Shown here in pieces: positions 9,140 to 18,248 of a DNA stretch of 64,000 nt. Under the pieces are notes generated by a model. The model made no database searches, had not been told where the DNA came from, and saw only the letters and a list, made by a program, of their open reading frames with translations. The DNA comes from Actinomycetota bacterium. Its GTDB lineage: Bacteria; Actinomycetota; Acidimicrobiia; Spongiisociales; UBA5794. Location: NCBI GenBank assembly GCA_013151445.1, contig JAADIG010000052.1:2-64001 (forward strand), written 5' to 3'. Position numbers and translations under genes: made by a program. The stretch's first letter is position 1; the number at the start of each line of letters is the position of its first letter.

Positions 9140-11305
9140 ATGATGCCGTTTATACGACAGATGCTACGCACCGCGCTCACCGTTACGCTGGCCGCCAGCC
9201 TGCTTGTAGCAATACCAGGCCTTGCGTCCGCGGGTCAGGGTTTTCGGGACGACGATGGGAATATCCACGAGAACTCGATTGAGGCGCTCTCCAACGCGGG
9301 GATCACTCAGGGCTGCGGCACCGAGGAGTTCTGTCCCGACGAGGCGGTAACCCGCGGGCAAATGGCCGCATTCCTCGACCGAGCCCTTTCCCTGCCCCCG
9401 GCGAGCGGTGTCGAGTTCGACGACGACGACGGATCGATCTTCGAGGGATCCATTGAGAGGATCGCGGCCGTCGGGATTACCAAGGGGTGTAACCCGCCGG
9501 CGAACACCAACTTCTGCCCCGATAGTTTCGTAACCCGCGGGCAGATGGCAGCGTTCCTGGTCCGGGCACTCAACCTGACCGACACGGGATCTGCCTCGTT
9601 TGTGGATGACGACGGGTCGATTTTCGAAACAGATATCGAGAAGCTCGCCCAGGCTGGTATCACCCAGGGCTGCAACCCGCCGGCGAACGATCAGTTCTGT
9701 CCCTACTCTCGTGTGACGCGAGCACAGATGGCAACGTTCCTCACCAGAGCCCTCGACCTTCCGACCCAGCCGCCACCCGGATTCACCCTCGGGAACGAGG
9801 ACACGGCCCTCGTAACCCGATACGAGTCACGTCGCGATACCAGCGAGGGTCAGATACCCGATACCTACAACGCGCGGTACTCCCCACGTTCGTTCACCAC
9901 AGGTCTGGACGTCCTGCCCGATCCCGACGACGTCGACCTCGTCAATAGCCCGGGCCGCTACGACGGCTGGGATGTCCTCTCTCCGTCTACTCGCTGGGAG
10001 CACCTCAACCGCGGACCCGACCCGGATTGGTTCCGTTTCACCCTCAGTCGTGATGCCCGTGTCGGTGTCGTGTGGCGGAGCGACGAGACACCACCCGGGT
10101 GGTTATCCGGGTGGACGAAGGGCGGAACAGTCATCATCGACGACCGCATCCACGATGTCTACGAGAAGGACTTCGCGGCGGGTGAAATCAAACTCGGCAG
10201 CGTGGAGGGTCAGAACGGTTGGCGCAGAATGTATCTCGTGCTGCTCGCCGAGACCGATGGCACACCTACACCGACGCCACCGGCCCCCGAGGGTTGGTCC
10301 ACCCCATTGCCGAATCGACCGTGTTCTGCATGGGTACATGATCTCAACACAACCGTCGCCCCGGACGGCGAGTCCTATGTGAACTGGCACCCACAGATCG
10401 ATCCCGTCTACTGGTGTTCCTACGGGCACGATCACGGCTCCGACCCGGCAATCATCCCCGGCAACCCACTTGTCGGGTACGGATACGTAGCCGCCGCGGT
10501 GCCCCAGGTCGAACCTCATGGTGGGTTCAAGGAATTCATCATGGAGTCGCCCGATGGTGACTACTGGCTTAGATTCATCATCCATGCGGGGACAGCCTTC
10601 GAAAGACGAATCTGCGCCCGCTTCCACACGCTCTTCATCATGGTGTACGACAAAGCGGGAAACGAAAAGTTCTCGGTCGGATACAAGAACGACTACGGAA
10701 CAGCCACCGACAGTGACGGCAACGTATTAACACCGACAGATTGTGGATACTCAATGCCAGCGCTCGCCAACGAGGTTTCCGATCGGCAGAAACGCACCAT
10801 CAACGTCGGTGCTGCCAGCGATAACTACGAGCGTTGGGACTCAAGGTTCGAGACTGACGCGGTCCGCAACCTCGGCATGGTCGTGTTTGAGCACGAGTTC
10901 GATGTCATCAACCCGATATCAGCCTGTACGAACCGCACATGCAACGATGTTGTCGTGCGCGACCTTGAGCGGTTCGACGCGACACGAAGACAGATCTTCC
11001 TCGCCAGTTGGCGAGGAGACTTCGAGTTCGATGCCGATCACGCCCTCGGCCAGGGTGAGTATTTCACCGACCCCTTCGCCCAGGGCCTCGTGGACGCCTC
11101 GGCCTCGAACGCCCTGCGCCAATACGTCGAACCCGGTTTCAAGCTCACGATTGCAAAGAACGCGACCGCAAACCGAATCGGCTGTGTCTCGTGGGATCCG
11201 TGGAGCCAGGAATTCATCTGCTACCAAACCGGAGGCTCCGGGAACCGCGAGAATATCCCGTTCCCACCCCGCAAGAACCTCGAGTACGGCATCTGGCGCG
11301 ACTAA
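9140..11305 (+). CDS. Secreted protein: three SLH-like domains plus a large uncharacterised C-terminal region
   Basis: Signal peptide; three GITxGC..FCP..VTRxQMAxFL units; Pro-rich linkers. Confidence 0.85.
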   Translation: MMPFIRQMLRTALTVTLAASLLVAIPGLASAGQGFRDDDGNIHENSIEALSNAGITQGCGTEEFCPDEAVTRGQMAAFLDRALSLPPASGVEFDDDDGSIFEGSIERIAAVGITKGCNPPANTNFCPDSFVTRGQMAAFLVRALNLTDTGSASFVDDDGSIFETDIEKLAQAGITQGCNPPANDQFCPYSRVTRAQMATFLTRALDLPTQPPPGFTLGNEDTALVTRYESRRDTSEGQIPDTYNARYSPRSFTTGLDVLPDPDDVDLVNSPGRYDGWDVLSPSTRWEHLNRGPDPDWFRFTLSRDARVGVVWRSDETPPGWLSGWTKGGTVIIDDRIHDVYEKDFAAGEIKLGSVEGQNGWRRMYLVLLAETDGTPTPTPPAPEGWSTPLPNRPCSAWVHDLNTTVAPDGESYVNWHPQIDPVYWCSYGHDHGSDPAIIPGNPLVGYGYVAAAVPQVEPHGGFKEFIMESPDGDYWLRFIIHAGTAFERRICARFHTLFIMVYDKAGNEKFSVGYKNDYGTATDSDGNVLTPTDCGYSMPALANEVSDRQKRTINVGAASDNYERWDSRFETDAVRNLGMVVFEHEFDVINPISACTNRTCNDVVVRDLERFDATRRQIFLASWRGDFEFDADHALGQGEYFTDPFAQGLVDASASNALRQYVEPGFKLTIAKNATANRIGCVSWDPWSQEFICYQTGGSGNRENIPFPPRKNLEYGIWRD

Positions 11306-11356
11306 CTCCGCTGGCAGCGGAGGGACGCAGGTTACTCGTTCATATCGGCGATATGA

Positions 11357-12178
11357 TTGCGGGTGATGACATCCACGCATCTCGTAGTCTCGCCATGGGA
11401 GCGACTTGCGGCGCGCATCAGGATGCCCCTGACCGCCGTCACTGTCGTGTCGCTAGCGGTCGACGTGTTCCTACCAGTCCCGCGATGGTGGCCGTGGATA
11501 TACATCGCGACGGCGATCCCGGCGACCGCACTGTACTTCAGGCTGGCCACGCCGCACGCAGATCCCGTTGATGTCACGGCACCCGTGCAAGGTCGATGGC
11601 AAGCGGTGAACAGTCCCACGTCGCGGGTTCCCAGCCACTACGTTCACGCATGGGCCCAAACGTACGCGATCGATCTGGTTTTCGATCCAGCCGACGGGTC
11701 GCGCCCAGAAATGTCGTGGTGGCCGCTGGTGCGGCACCCGACAACATACCCGGGATTCGGACAGCCGATTGTGGCTCCGATCGATGGCACGGTCGTCCGC
11801 GTCCGTTCCTTCATGCGGGACCATCTGAGCCGATCCTCACCCCCGGCACTGCTCTACTTGTTAGTTGAGAGCGTCCGGGAGTTCTTCGGTCCCATCGGCA
11901 TCCTCGGTAACCACATCGTCATCCGCAGAGACGATGGGACGCACCTACTACTCGCCCACCTCCGGCAGGGCTCCTTGCTCGTCAAACGCGGCGATCGAGT
12001 GGCCCGGGGAACCAAGATCGCGGAATGCGGAAACTCCGGCAACTCCAGCGAACCACATGTGCACATCCAAGCGATGGACCGGGCCAGCGTGTGGATTGCC
12101 GCTGGTCTTCCAATCCGATTCGACCATGGGGAACCCCCGGCGAACGGTGATCTCCTACCGACCGATGCGACGCTGTAG
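11357..12178 (+). CDS. Membrane-anchored M23 family peptidase
   Basis: YAIDL, GNHIVI, LAHL, GNSGNSSEPHVH; two N-terminal hydrophobic segments. Confidence 0.85.
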   Translation: MRVMTSTHLVVSPWERLAARIRMPLTAVTVVSLAVDVFLPVPRWWPWIYIATAIPATALYFRLATPHADPVDVTAPVQGRWQAVNSPTSRVPSHYVHAWAQTYAIDLVFDPADGSRPEMSWWPLVRHPTTYPGFGQPIVAPIDGTVVRVRSFMRDHLSRSSPPALLYLLVESVREFFGPIGILGNHIVIRRDDGTHLLLAHLRQGSLLVKRGDRVARGTKIAECGNSGNSSEPHVHIQAMDRASVWIAAGLPIRFDHGEPPANGDLLPTDATL

Positions 12179-12220
12179 CGAATCTGACGACCGATCGGAG
12201 CCGTGTGCCCGACGCACGAC

Positions 12221-13093
12221 CTACGGCTCGGTGCCGGGTGGTGGTTGTGGCAGGGTCGTCCGAGTCACCTGGTCATAACCAAGGTGTTGCTCTCGTGGGC
12301 GTGTGTCCGCCCCGGGGATCCGCGCCAGGAGGTCCGAAAACTCGGGAGCATCCGCATACTGCATCGCATCCAGTGCCGCCTCCGACAGCGCCCCCCTCGA
12401 AGCCAACGTGCGCCGATCCGAGTACGCCGTCCACAACCGGACCCCATGGGCCTGACCGCCAGAGGCCGACGGCAGCTCAACGTATGTGGACCGAGGACTC
12501 GCCAGCACAATCTTTCTCGCAACTCCATTCTCGAATCCCACGACCCGGTATTTGCCGACAATCAGGATGCGCAAACCGACGGTGTCAATGGAACCGATGG
12601 TTTCGGGCACGAACGCCGAGTCCGCCCGCTTGGAAAATGCGACTGCAACAACATCTCCCGAAACCAGGGTTCCGGCATCGGTACCGTCAGCCAAGAGAAT
12701 TTCGACCACCTTGACTGTCAACACTTGAAAGTCGTATGGCCCGTTCACGCCACGACCTTCGGAGTTCATGGAGGCCGGGGGTTCCGGGGTCCGGTACTCT
12801 TCAATGGCGGCCCCTCCAACCGAAACTATCTCGCCGACCATCACCAGCGGCGAACGTTTAACCGCCTGCTCGAAAGTCAGCTGCACCACAGAGGTAGCGT
12901 TGTATGAGCGGGACGGGTCAGAATCTTCGGTGACTGTGGGCGTAGCGAAGCCAACGTTCGCCTCGCCACCTGCAAGAGGCGGCTGAGCCTCGACGGTGAC
13001 TGCCGCACCGCTAGCGGCACATGCAGAAACGGCGAGAGTGACAACCAGGACGACGCAGAGCGTGCCGTGACGCTTCCGCCTCATGTTGAGCAT
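12221..13093 (-). CDS. Putative lipoprotein of unknown function
   Basis: Basic N-terminus, hydrophobic stretch and lipobox-like VSAC; GGAG-type RBS upstream. Confidence 0.6.
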   Translation of the reverse strand: MLNMRRKRHGTLCVVLVVTLAVSACAASGAAVTVEAQPPLAGGEANVGFATPTVTEDSDPSRSYNATSVVQLTFEQAVKRSPLVMVGEIVSVGGAAIEEYRTPEPPASMNSEGRGVNGPYDFQVLTVKVVEILLADGTDAGTLVSGDVVAVAFSKRADSAFVPETIGSIDTVGLRILIVGKYRVVGFENGVARKIVLASPRSTYVELPSASGGQAHGVRLWTAYSDRRTLASRGALSEAALDAMQYADAPEFSDLLARIPGADTRPREQHLGYDQVTRTTLPQPPPGTEP

Positions 13094-13319
13094 TGCTCGT
13101 AGCTCCTTTCAATCCACCACTCGTACAGGCGTCGGTTGCCGAACCGCGCGGGACCGGACTCGGCGGCCGCCGACATCACCCACAGACACCATCGTGTGTC
13201 GACTCCAACTGTTTTGACGGACTAACCCGGTTCCGTGGTTCCCGTGAACGTGTTCAAGTTTCCGGCGGCCCCGGCGACGCAACGGCCGGTTGGCTCCTAC
13301 CGGCCGATCGGCGCTGGCG

Positions 13320-13808
13320 GACAACCTCTTTACGACAGTGATCTCGCGGCCGAATTCCTGACCCGCCGCTGGGTCAGTCGGTTTCGCGAGGAGATATCCG
13401 AGACGTATGTAGAACCCTGCTGCGGGACGTTGTGTTCGTAATAACAGAGTCACATCCGCTCGAGACCGGTATTCATACCCCACGTTTCGAGCGCTCCAAC
13501 GAGGGCATCCGCGATGCCCGAACCGCGCAGCTCCGTGCGACCCACATGCCGGACGTCTCGTCCTCGCGAACATACGCACCGGCCATGGCCTCGACTGTTC
13601 CGTTGGCCTCGGCGACGAAGACGACCCGCTCTCCCCCGGCCGATGCGGTGGTCGCTCGCTCGGCCCACGGGTCGTCACCATAGGTTGGTGCGATATCCAG
13701 AGTCGTGGCGAACGCCGCGGAATCCTCGGCCAATCCCCGCAGACGGATTGCCCGCAGGGTTGCACCGTCACCGTCCCATATCCGCCGCACGGAGAGTTGC
13801 GTCGTTAT
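13320..13808 (-). pseudogene. Disrupted GNAT acetyltransferase (boundaries approximate)
   Basis: GNAT motifs split across three frames: GMWVA / ELRGSGIADALV..ERM-stop-LC / AAGFYIRLGY; frameshifts near 13535 and 13425, TGA at 13450-13452. Confidence 0.75.
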
Positions 13809-13875
13809 CTCGCCACTGTATCGAAACCGTCTCCGAAGGACAGGAACGGCCTCTGCACCACAAGGCGCATGTTTC

Positions 13876-13904
13876 CTAAACTTTGGTAGGGTTGAAAGCG
13901 ACAC
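13876..13904 (+). promoter_or_regulatory. sigma28/WhiG-like promoter candidate
   Basis: CTAAA-N16-AGCGACAC upstream of the SLH-Fn3 gene. Confidence 0.4.
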
Positions 13905-13930
13905 ATTTGCGAGACATGGAAGTGGGACAC

Positions 13931-15001
13931 ATGCAACCTCGACGATTTGTTCTTCTCGGCCTGGCCGTGGTCACGGCGCTGTCCGTAGCCGTACCGGCAA
14001 CCGCAACCGATGCGTTCACCGATGTGCCGGACACCAACGTATTCTCGGCTGATATTCAATGGTTGGAGGATGCCGGCATCACCCAGGGATGCAACCCGCC
14101 AGCCAACGACCGCTTCTGCCCAACGGAGAACGTCACCCGCGAGCAAATGGCCGCATTTCTCGTCCGCTCACTCGGCCTCACCGACAACGGCGGCGGAAAC
14201 ACCTTCACCGACGACGATGGCTCCGTGTTCGAGAACGACATCGCCAAACTCGCCGCCGCAGGAATCACCCAGGGATGCAACCCACCGACCAACGACCGCT
14301 TCTGCCCAACAGAGAACGTCACCCGCGAGCAAATGGCCGCATTCCTCCATCGCTCCCTTGATCCGGCACCAAACCAGGTGCAGGATCTCATCGTCACCCT
14401 GAGCGGAGGCAGCAATGAGATAGACGTCTCGTGGGAGCCAAACCCCGAAGCGGACATTGCCAGCTACAACGTGTGGTTCAGCGAACTGCCGGGTGGAGCG
14501 AAGGCAATCGTCCCCGAGCCGTACACGTTCGGTCCTGCGACGAGGACGTCGGGACGTTGGTACATCATCGACTGGCCACGGGCGCAAACGTCGGGAGAGA
14601 CCTGTTATCAGGTCAGCGCCGTCGATGCCTCTGGTCAAGAAAGCCCCCGATCGGTAGAGGAGTGTTTTGACTCCACACCTGGCGCACCAACTCAGGTCAT
14701 GGGCGTGACCGTCGGGTTGGGCGGCGGCAGCGGAGAAGTGTTTGTGTCGTGGGACCCGAATCCTGAGGGCGACATTGCTTCCTACAACGCCTATTTCAGC
14801 GAGTTTCCCGGGGGACCGTACACGTACGTCCCGGAACCGTACTTCTTCGGACCGGACACACTCATGTCGGGTCGGGTCTACTTCATCGATCAGCCACGGG
14901 AAGACACAGTCGGCAAGACGTGTTATATCATCACCGCCGTCGACCTGAATGAAAAAGAGGGACCTGCCTCGGTGGAAGGATGCTTCGACCCTGACGCGTA
15001 G
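13931..15001 (+). CDS. Secreted protein: two SLH-like domains plus two fibronectin-III-like repeats
   Basis: Signal peptide MQPRRF..; two SLH-like units; two VSWxPNPExDIASYN..CY..AVD..E..S..CF repeats. Confidence 0.85.
   Translation: MQPRRFVLLGLAVVTALSVAVPATATDAFTDVPDTNVFSADIQWLEDAGITQGCNPPANDRFCPTENVTREQMAAFLVRSLGLTDNGGGNTFTDDDGSVFENDIAKLAAAGITQGCNPPTNDRFCPTENVTREQMAAFLHRSLDPAPNQVQDLIVTLSGGSNEIDVSWEPNPEADIASYNVWFSELPGGAKAIVPEPYTFGPATRTSGRWYIIDWPRAQTSGETCYQVSAVDASGQESPRSVEECFDSTPGAPTQVMGVTVGLGGGSGEVFVSWDPNPEGDIASYNAYFSEFPGGPYTYVPEPYFFGPDTLMSGRVYFIDQPREDTVGKTCYIITAVDLNEKEGPASVEGCFDPDA
14075..14347 (+). repeat. Intragenic direct repeat (two ~87-bp copies, 186-bp period)
   Basis: 14075-14161 and 14261-14347 are nearly identical (ATCACCCAGGGATGCAACCC..GAGCAAATGGCCGCATT). 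Confidence 0.9.
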
Positions 15002-15042
15002 ACCACGGCATCCAGTAACCGCACAACGCATTGGCCACTCCC

Positions 15043-15219
15043 ATGATCGACATCTTCCTACCGTCCACCGACAGCGGTGTGCTGTTTCAGCTTGTTCTCT
15101 GGACGGCCCTGACCGGGATCGCCGTGCGCCGTACCCGACAGAACAAGGACTACCGAATTCTTGCGATCGGTGTGAGTCTGCTGGTGTACTCGTTGATGGG
15201 CGTCCGTGCCCTCCACTGA
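15043..15219 (+). CDS. Small two-TM membrane protein (paralog A)
   Basis: 58 aa from ATG 15043; aligns without gaps to 15803-15985. Confidence 0.7.
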   Translation: MIDIFLPSTDSGVLFQLVLWTALTGIAVRRTRQNKDYRILAIGVSLLVYSLMGVRALH

Positions 15220-15292
15220 CGATCCCCCTACCGATTCGGCACGCCGGAACCGGCCCTGGGAATAGAGCCGTGCGACTACTGTTGCCATCACT

Positions 15293-15802
15293 ATGAACAC
15301 TGCTGACCTCCTCAAGTTCCGTGCCGACAAGGACCGTTTCTTCAAGCTCTCCGAGCAGTCCCCCTTACGTCATGAGACCCAGCACGACTTCAATGGGCTT
15401 TCATACTTCGAGCCCAACGAAGATCTGGTCTTTGATGTCACGCTTGATGCCGTGGAGCCGACTGAAGTCACCATCGCAACCACCGCAGGCGAGGAGCGGA
15501 CATACTCGCGTGTGGCGACCGCAACCGTGTCGGTCGATGGAGAAGACACAGCCGTCGCGTTGTACTCGACCGGCCATGAAGGCCTCTTCTTACCCTTCCG
15601 GGATGCGACGTCCGGATCCGAAACCTACGGCGCCGGTAGATATATCGACGTTCATCCCCATGGTGACGGTACTGCCGTTATCGACTTCAACTATGCGTAC
15701 GCACCCTTTTGCGCATACAACGACAACTATTCCTGTGCCCTGCCACCGCATGAGAACTGGCTGTCAGTACCAATCCGAGCGGGCGAACGGAGCCCCGAGT
15801 AA
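15293..15802 (+). CDS. DUF1684 family protein
   Basis: KDRFFK..QSPL, FNGLSYF, FLPFRDATSGSETYGAGRY, DFNYAYAPFCAY..YSCALPP.ENWL..PIRAGE. Confidence 0.9.
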   Translation: MNTADLLKFRADKDRFFKLSEQSPLRHETQHDFNGLSYFEPNEDLVFDVTLDAVEPTEVTIATTAGEERTYSRVATATVSVDGEDTAVALYSTGHEGLFLPFRDATSGSETYGAGRYIDVHPHGDGTAVIDFNYAYAPFCAYNDNYSCALPPHENWLSVPIRAGERSPE

Positions 15803-15985
15803 GTGAACGACTCCCTGGTATTGCTGGCTTCGACCAGTGGCAGCGCACCCGCACAACTCGTTGCCTGGGCAATTATCTCGCTCGTCGGCATCGGGATCGT
15901 GCGCAACAACAAGGACCTCCGGCTCCTCGTGATCGGTGTTAGTTTCTCCGCGTTCGGTGTGCTCCTCATCCGTGCGATCCACTAG
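15803..15985 (+). CDS. Small two-TM membrane protein (paralog B)
   Basis: 60 aa; GTG directly after the DUF1684 stop; shares QLVxW, RxNKDxRxLxIGVS and RAxH with paralog A. Confidence 0.7.
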   Translation: MNDSLVLLASTSGSAPAQLVAWAIISLVGIGIVRNNKDLRLLVIGVSFSAFGVLLIRAIH

Positions 15986-16008
15986 CCCGTCGGCCTAAGA
16001 TTCGCTCC

Positions 16009-16995
16009 ATGTTCGATTTCGCTCGCTCCCCGGTTCCGGTTCGCGACAACCTCAAGCGTGCCTACCGCAACATCTGGGCCCATCTCGCCCAGCCCGGACC
16101 CGTACTCGACGCCTCCCACCGAAAAGTTCTTCTCGACGCCGCCCGCACTGGGCGCTCCGATGAGACACCCCCCACCGGTATCGCCCCACCGGCGCTCGAG
16201 CTACTCGCAACCACCTTGTACACAAACCCCGCCGCTGTCTCCGAGACGACAGTGCGCGACGCCGCAGACGAGGCCAGTGATGCCGCGGTGGCAGAAACGG
16301 TGGGCCTGGTGGCGATGCTCAGCGCAGTGGACGGTGCCCATCGGGTGTTGGGCGTCGAACTTGAAGCGCTCCCCAACCCCGCCCCGGGGTCACCTACCGG
16401 CCGAATCGCGCAAGGACTCAAACGACGGCGTACCCATATACCGATGCCCTCGGGTGCGATTCCCCGCGCTCTCGATCTGGTTCCCGAGGTCGCAACCGTA
16501 TGGCGCAACTCGTTCGGAGCGCAATACATGACCGAGAGCGAAATGGCGCTCCACGACTTCCGGCGGGTACCGGGACTCGATCGCGCTCAAATGGAACTCG
16601 TCTCCTCGCGCACTTCTCTGATTAACGAATGTTTCTACTGAACCATCAGCCATGTGCGGATGCTCCGTGAGAGCGCCATCAGCTTCGGATACGACCTCGA
16701 CCTCGCCACCGTCGGTGACCCGGCAATCCCCACCGCGATACCTGGCGGCAACGCCTTGCTCGACCTTGTTGATGTTGCCCTCGGCAAGTCGGACAAACCG
16801 CTTCTCGATGCGCAGCAGGCGATCATCAACACCCTGGGGCCCGAAGCCCTCGTCGACGCAGCCGCGGTCCTCGGCAACTTCGAAATGATGAACCGTGTCG
16901 CCGAGGGCACCGGGATCCCGATACCGCAGCAATCCATCGATCGCGAAAGCGAAATCGTTGCGGCGCTCGGGCTACTCGACCTCATCAAGGGTTAA
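16009..16995 (+). CDS. AhpD/alkylhydroperoxidase-related probable selenoprotein (UGA at 16639-16641 read as Sec; 328 aa)
   Basis: ORFs 16009-16641 and 16654-16995 are in the same frame, separated by one TGA: SRTSLINECFY-U-TISH (CxxU..H); the tail EALVDAAAVLGNFEMMNRVAEGTGI is CMD/AhpD-like. Confidence 0.82.
16659..16680 (+). promoter_or_regulatory. Candidate bacterial SECIS hairpin
   Basis: GAU-GCUC-[CGUGA]-GAGC-GCC-AUC; the apical loop starts 24 nt after the UGA and has G at its second position. Confidence 0.6.
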
Positions 16996-17001
16996 CGCGA
17001 A

Positions 17002-17041
17002 CGGAGCCATCCTCTCCCTCGTCGGTGACAGGATGGCTCCG
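17002..17041. terminator. Hairpin between convergent genes
   Basis: CGGAGCCATCCT / AGGATGGCTCCG 12-bp stem. Confidence 0.65.
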
Positions 17042-17062
17042 CTCGGATCGGGGCGAGTTGGC

Positions 17063-18211
17063 CTACTCGCCGCTTGGCTTGAGCTCGACAGTGATCGGCG
17101 TCCAGCCCGATCCGTTCACATCAACCCCAGCGGCCTTCAAGTTGTCGAGGGCTTCCTGGGCGATGTCGGTTCGGAATGCCCCGTCCGTCGGGGGTGCGGT
17201 GAGGATGCTCTCGGTGGTCGCGACTGAGACTGTCTGATCCCACAGACTCTTGTCGAGGAGACCGATACCGTTCGACGACGGCCAAATGAGACCGTTGATC
17301 TCGTTCATCTGCCACTTCTGATGCGACTCGCCGAGTGTTGGACCGGCTGCGAGCACGATGTCCACGCACTTGTCGACGTTGTCCCTACAGAATATCCAAC
17401 CCCGCATCGATGCTTCGACGAACTTCACCGCGTTAGCTCGATACTCGGGATCGGATTCGAGTTTGTCCGCATCCGCCCAGATGGCATCCTGGAGCATCGC
17501 GGTGCCGACGTCGTTCCAATTGATGACATTGAGATCATCGGCGGTGAACAGTTCACCAGTCTCCGGATTGGTTGTTTCGAGGACCTGTGCGTACTCGTTG
17601 TAGATCATTGCCTGGGCGGCATCGATTTCACCCGAGATGAGGGCCAGCATGTCGAACTGTTGCTGGACCAGCGTGACATCGGTGTCGGGATCGAGTCCTG
17701 CACTGCGCAATCCGGCGAGGAGCTCGAACTCGTTACCGAATCCCCAGTTACCGACCGTCTTACCGGCAAGATCGGCGACCGACGTTATGCCCTTGTCCTT
17801 GAATGAGACCTGGAGAGTCGCCGACCTCTCGAAGATCTGCGCGATGTTGGTGATGTTCAGGCCCTCTTCGCGAGGCACCAGGCCACGCGGAACCCACGAA
17901 ATCGCAAAGTCGGCGGCACCCGAATCCAAAACGGTTGCAGGCAGGATATCGATGCCACCCTGGGTGATCGTTACGTCGAGACCGAGATCCTTGTAAAACC
18001 CTTGGTCGACAGCGGCGTAATAGCCGGCGAACTGCGCCTGTGTGAACCACTGCAACTGCAACGTGATCGGTGTTAGTTCCTTCGCATCGCCACCACCATC
18101 AGCACCAGTCGTGGCCGTATCATCGGCACCACCACCGCACGCGGCGGCGATAAGCGCCATGGCAAGCACGAAACCGAACAGCCTCGCGTTGCCTTTCTTC
18201 CTCTTCGTCAT
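17063..18211 (-). CDS. ABC transporter substrate-binding lipoprotein (NMT1/THI5-like)
   Basis: Lipobox AAAC; LQLQWFTQAQFAGYYAA..GFY..GLDV motif. Confidence 0.9.
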   Translation of the reverse strand: MTKRKKGNARLFGFVLAMALIAAACGGGADDTATTGADGGGDAKELTPITLQLQWFTQAQFAGYYAAVDQGFYKDLGLDVTITQGGIDILPATVLDSGAADFAISWVPRGLVPREEGLNITNIAQIFERSATLQVSFKDKGITSVADLAGKTVGNWGFGNEFELLAGLRSAGLDPDTDVTLVQQQFDMLALISGEIDAAQAMIYNEYAQVLETTNPETGELFTADDLNVINWNDVGTAMLQDAIWADADKLESDPEYRANAVKFVEASMRGWIFCRDNVDKCVDIVLAAGPTLGESHQKWQMNEINGLIWPSSNGIGLLDKSLWDQTVSVATTESILTAPPTDGAFRTDIAQEALDNLKAAGVDVNGSGWTPITVELKPSGE

Positions 18212-18248
18212 AGACCCTCTCCTTGTCTAGTTTCCCTGGTCGGAACCC

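Noticed and set aside
13450..13452. In-frame TGA followed by Leu-Cys in the GNAT as a second Sec codon
   Set aside because: Flanked by two frameshifts and not at a redox motif; decay explains it
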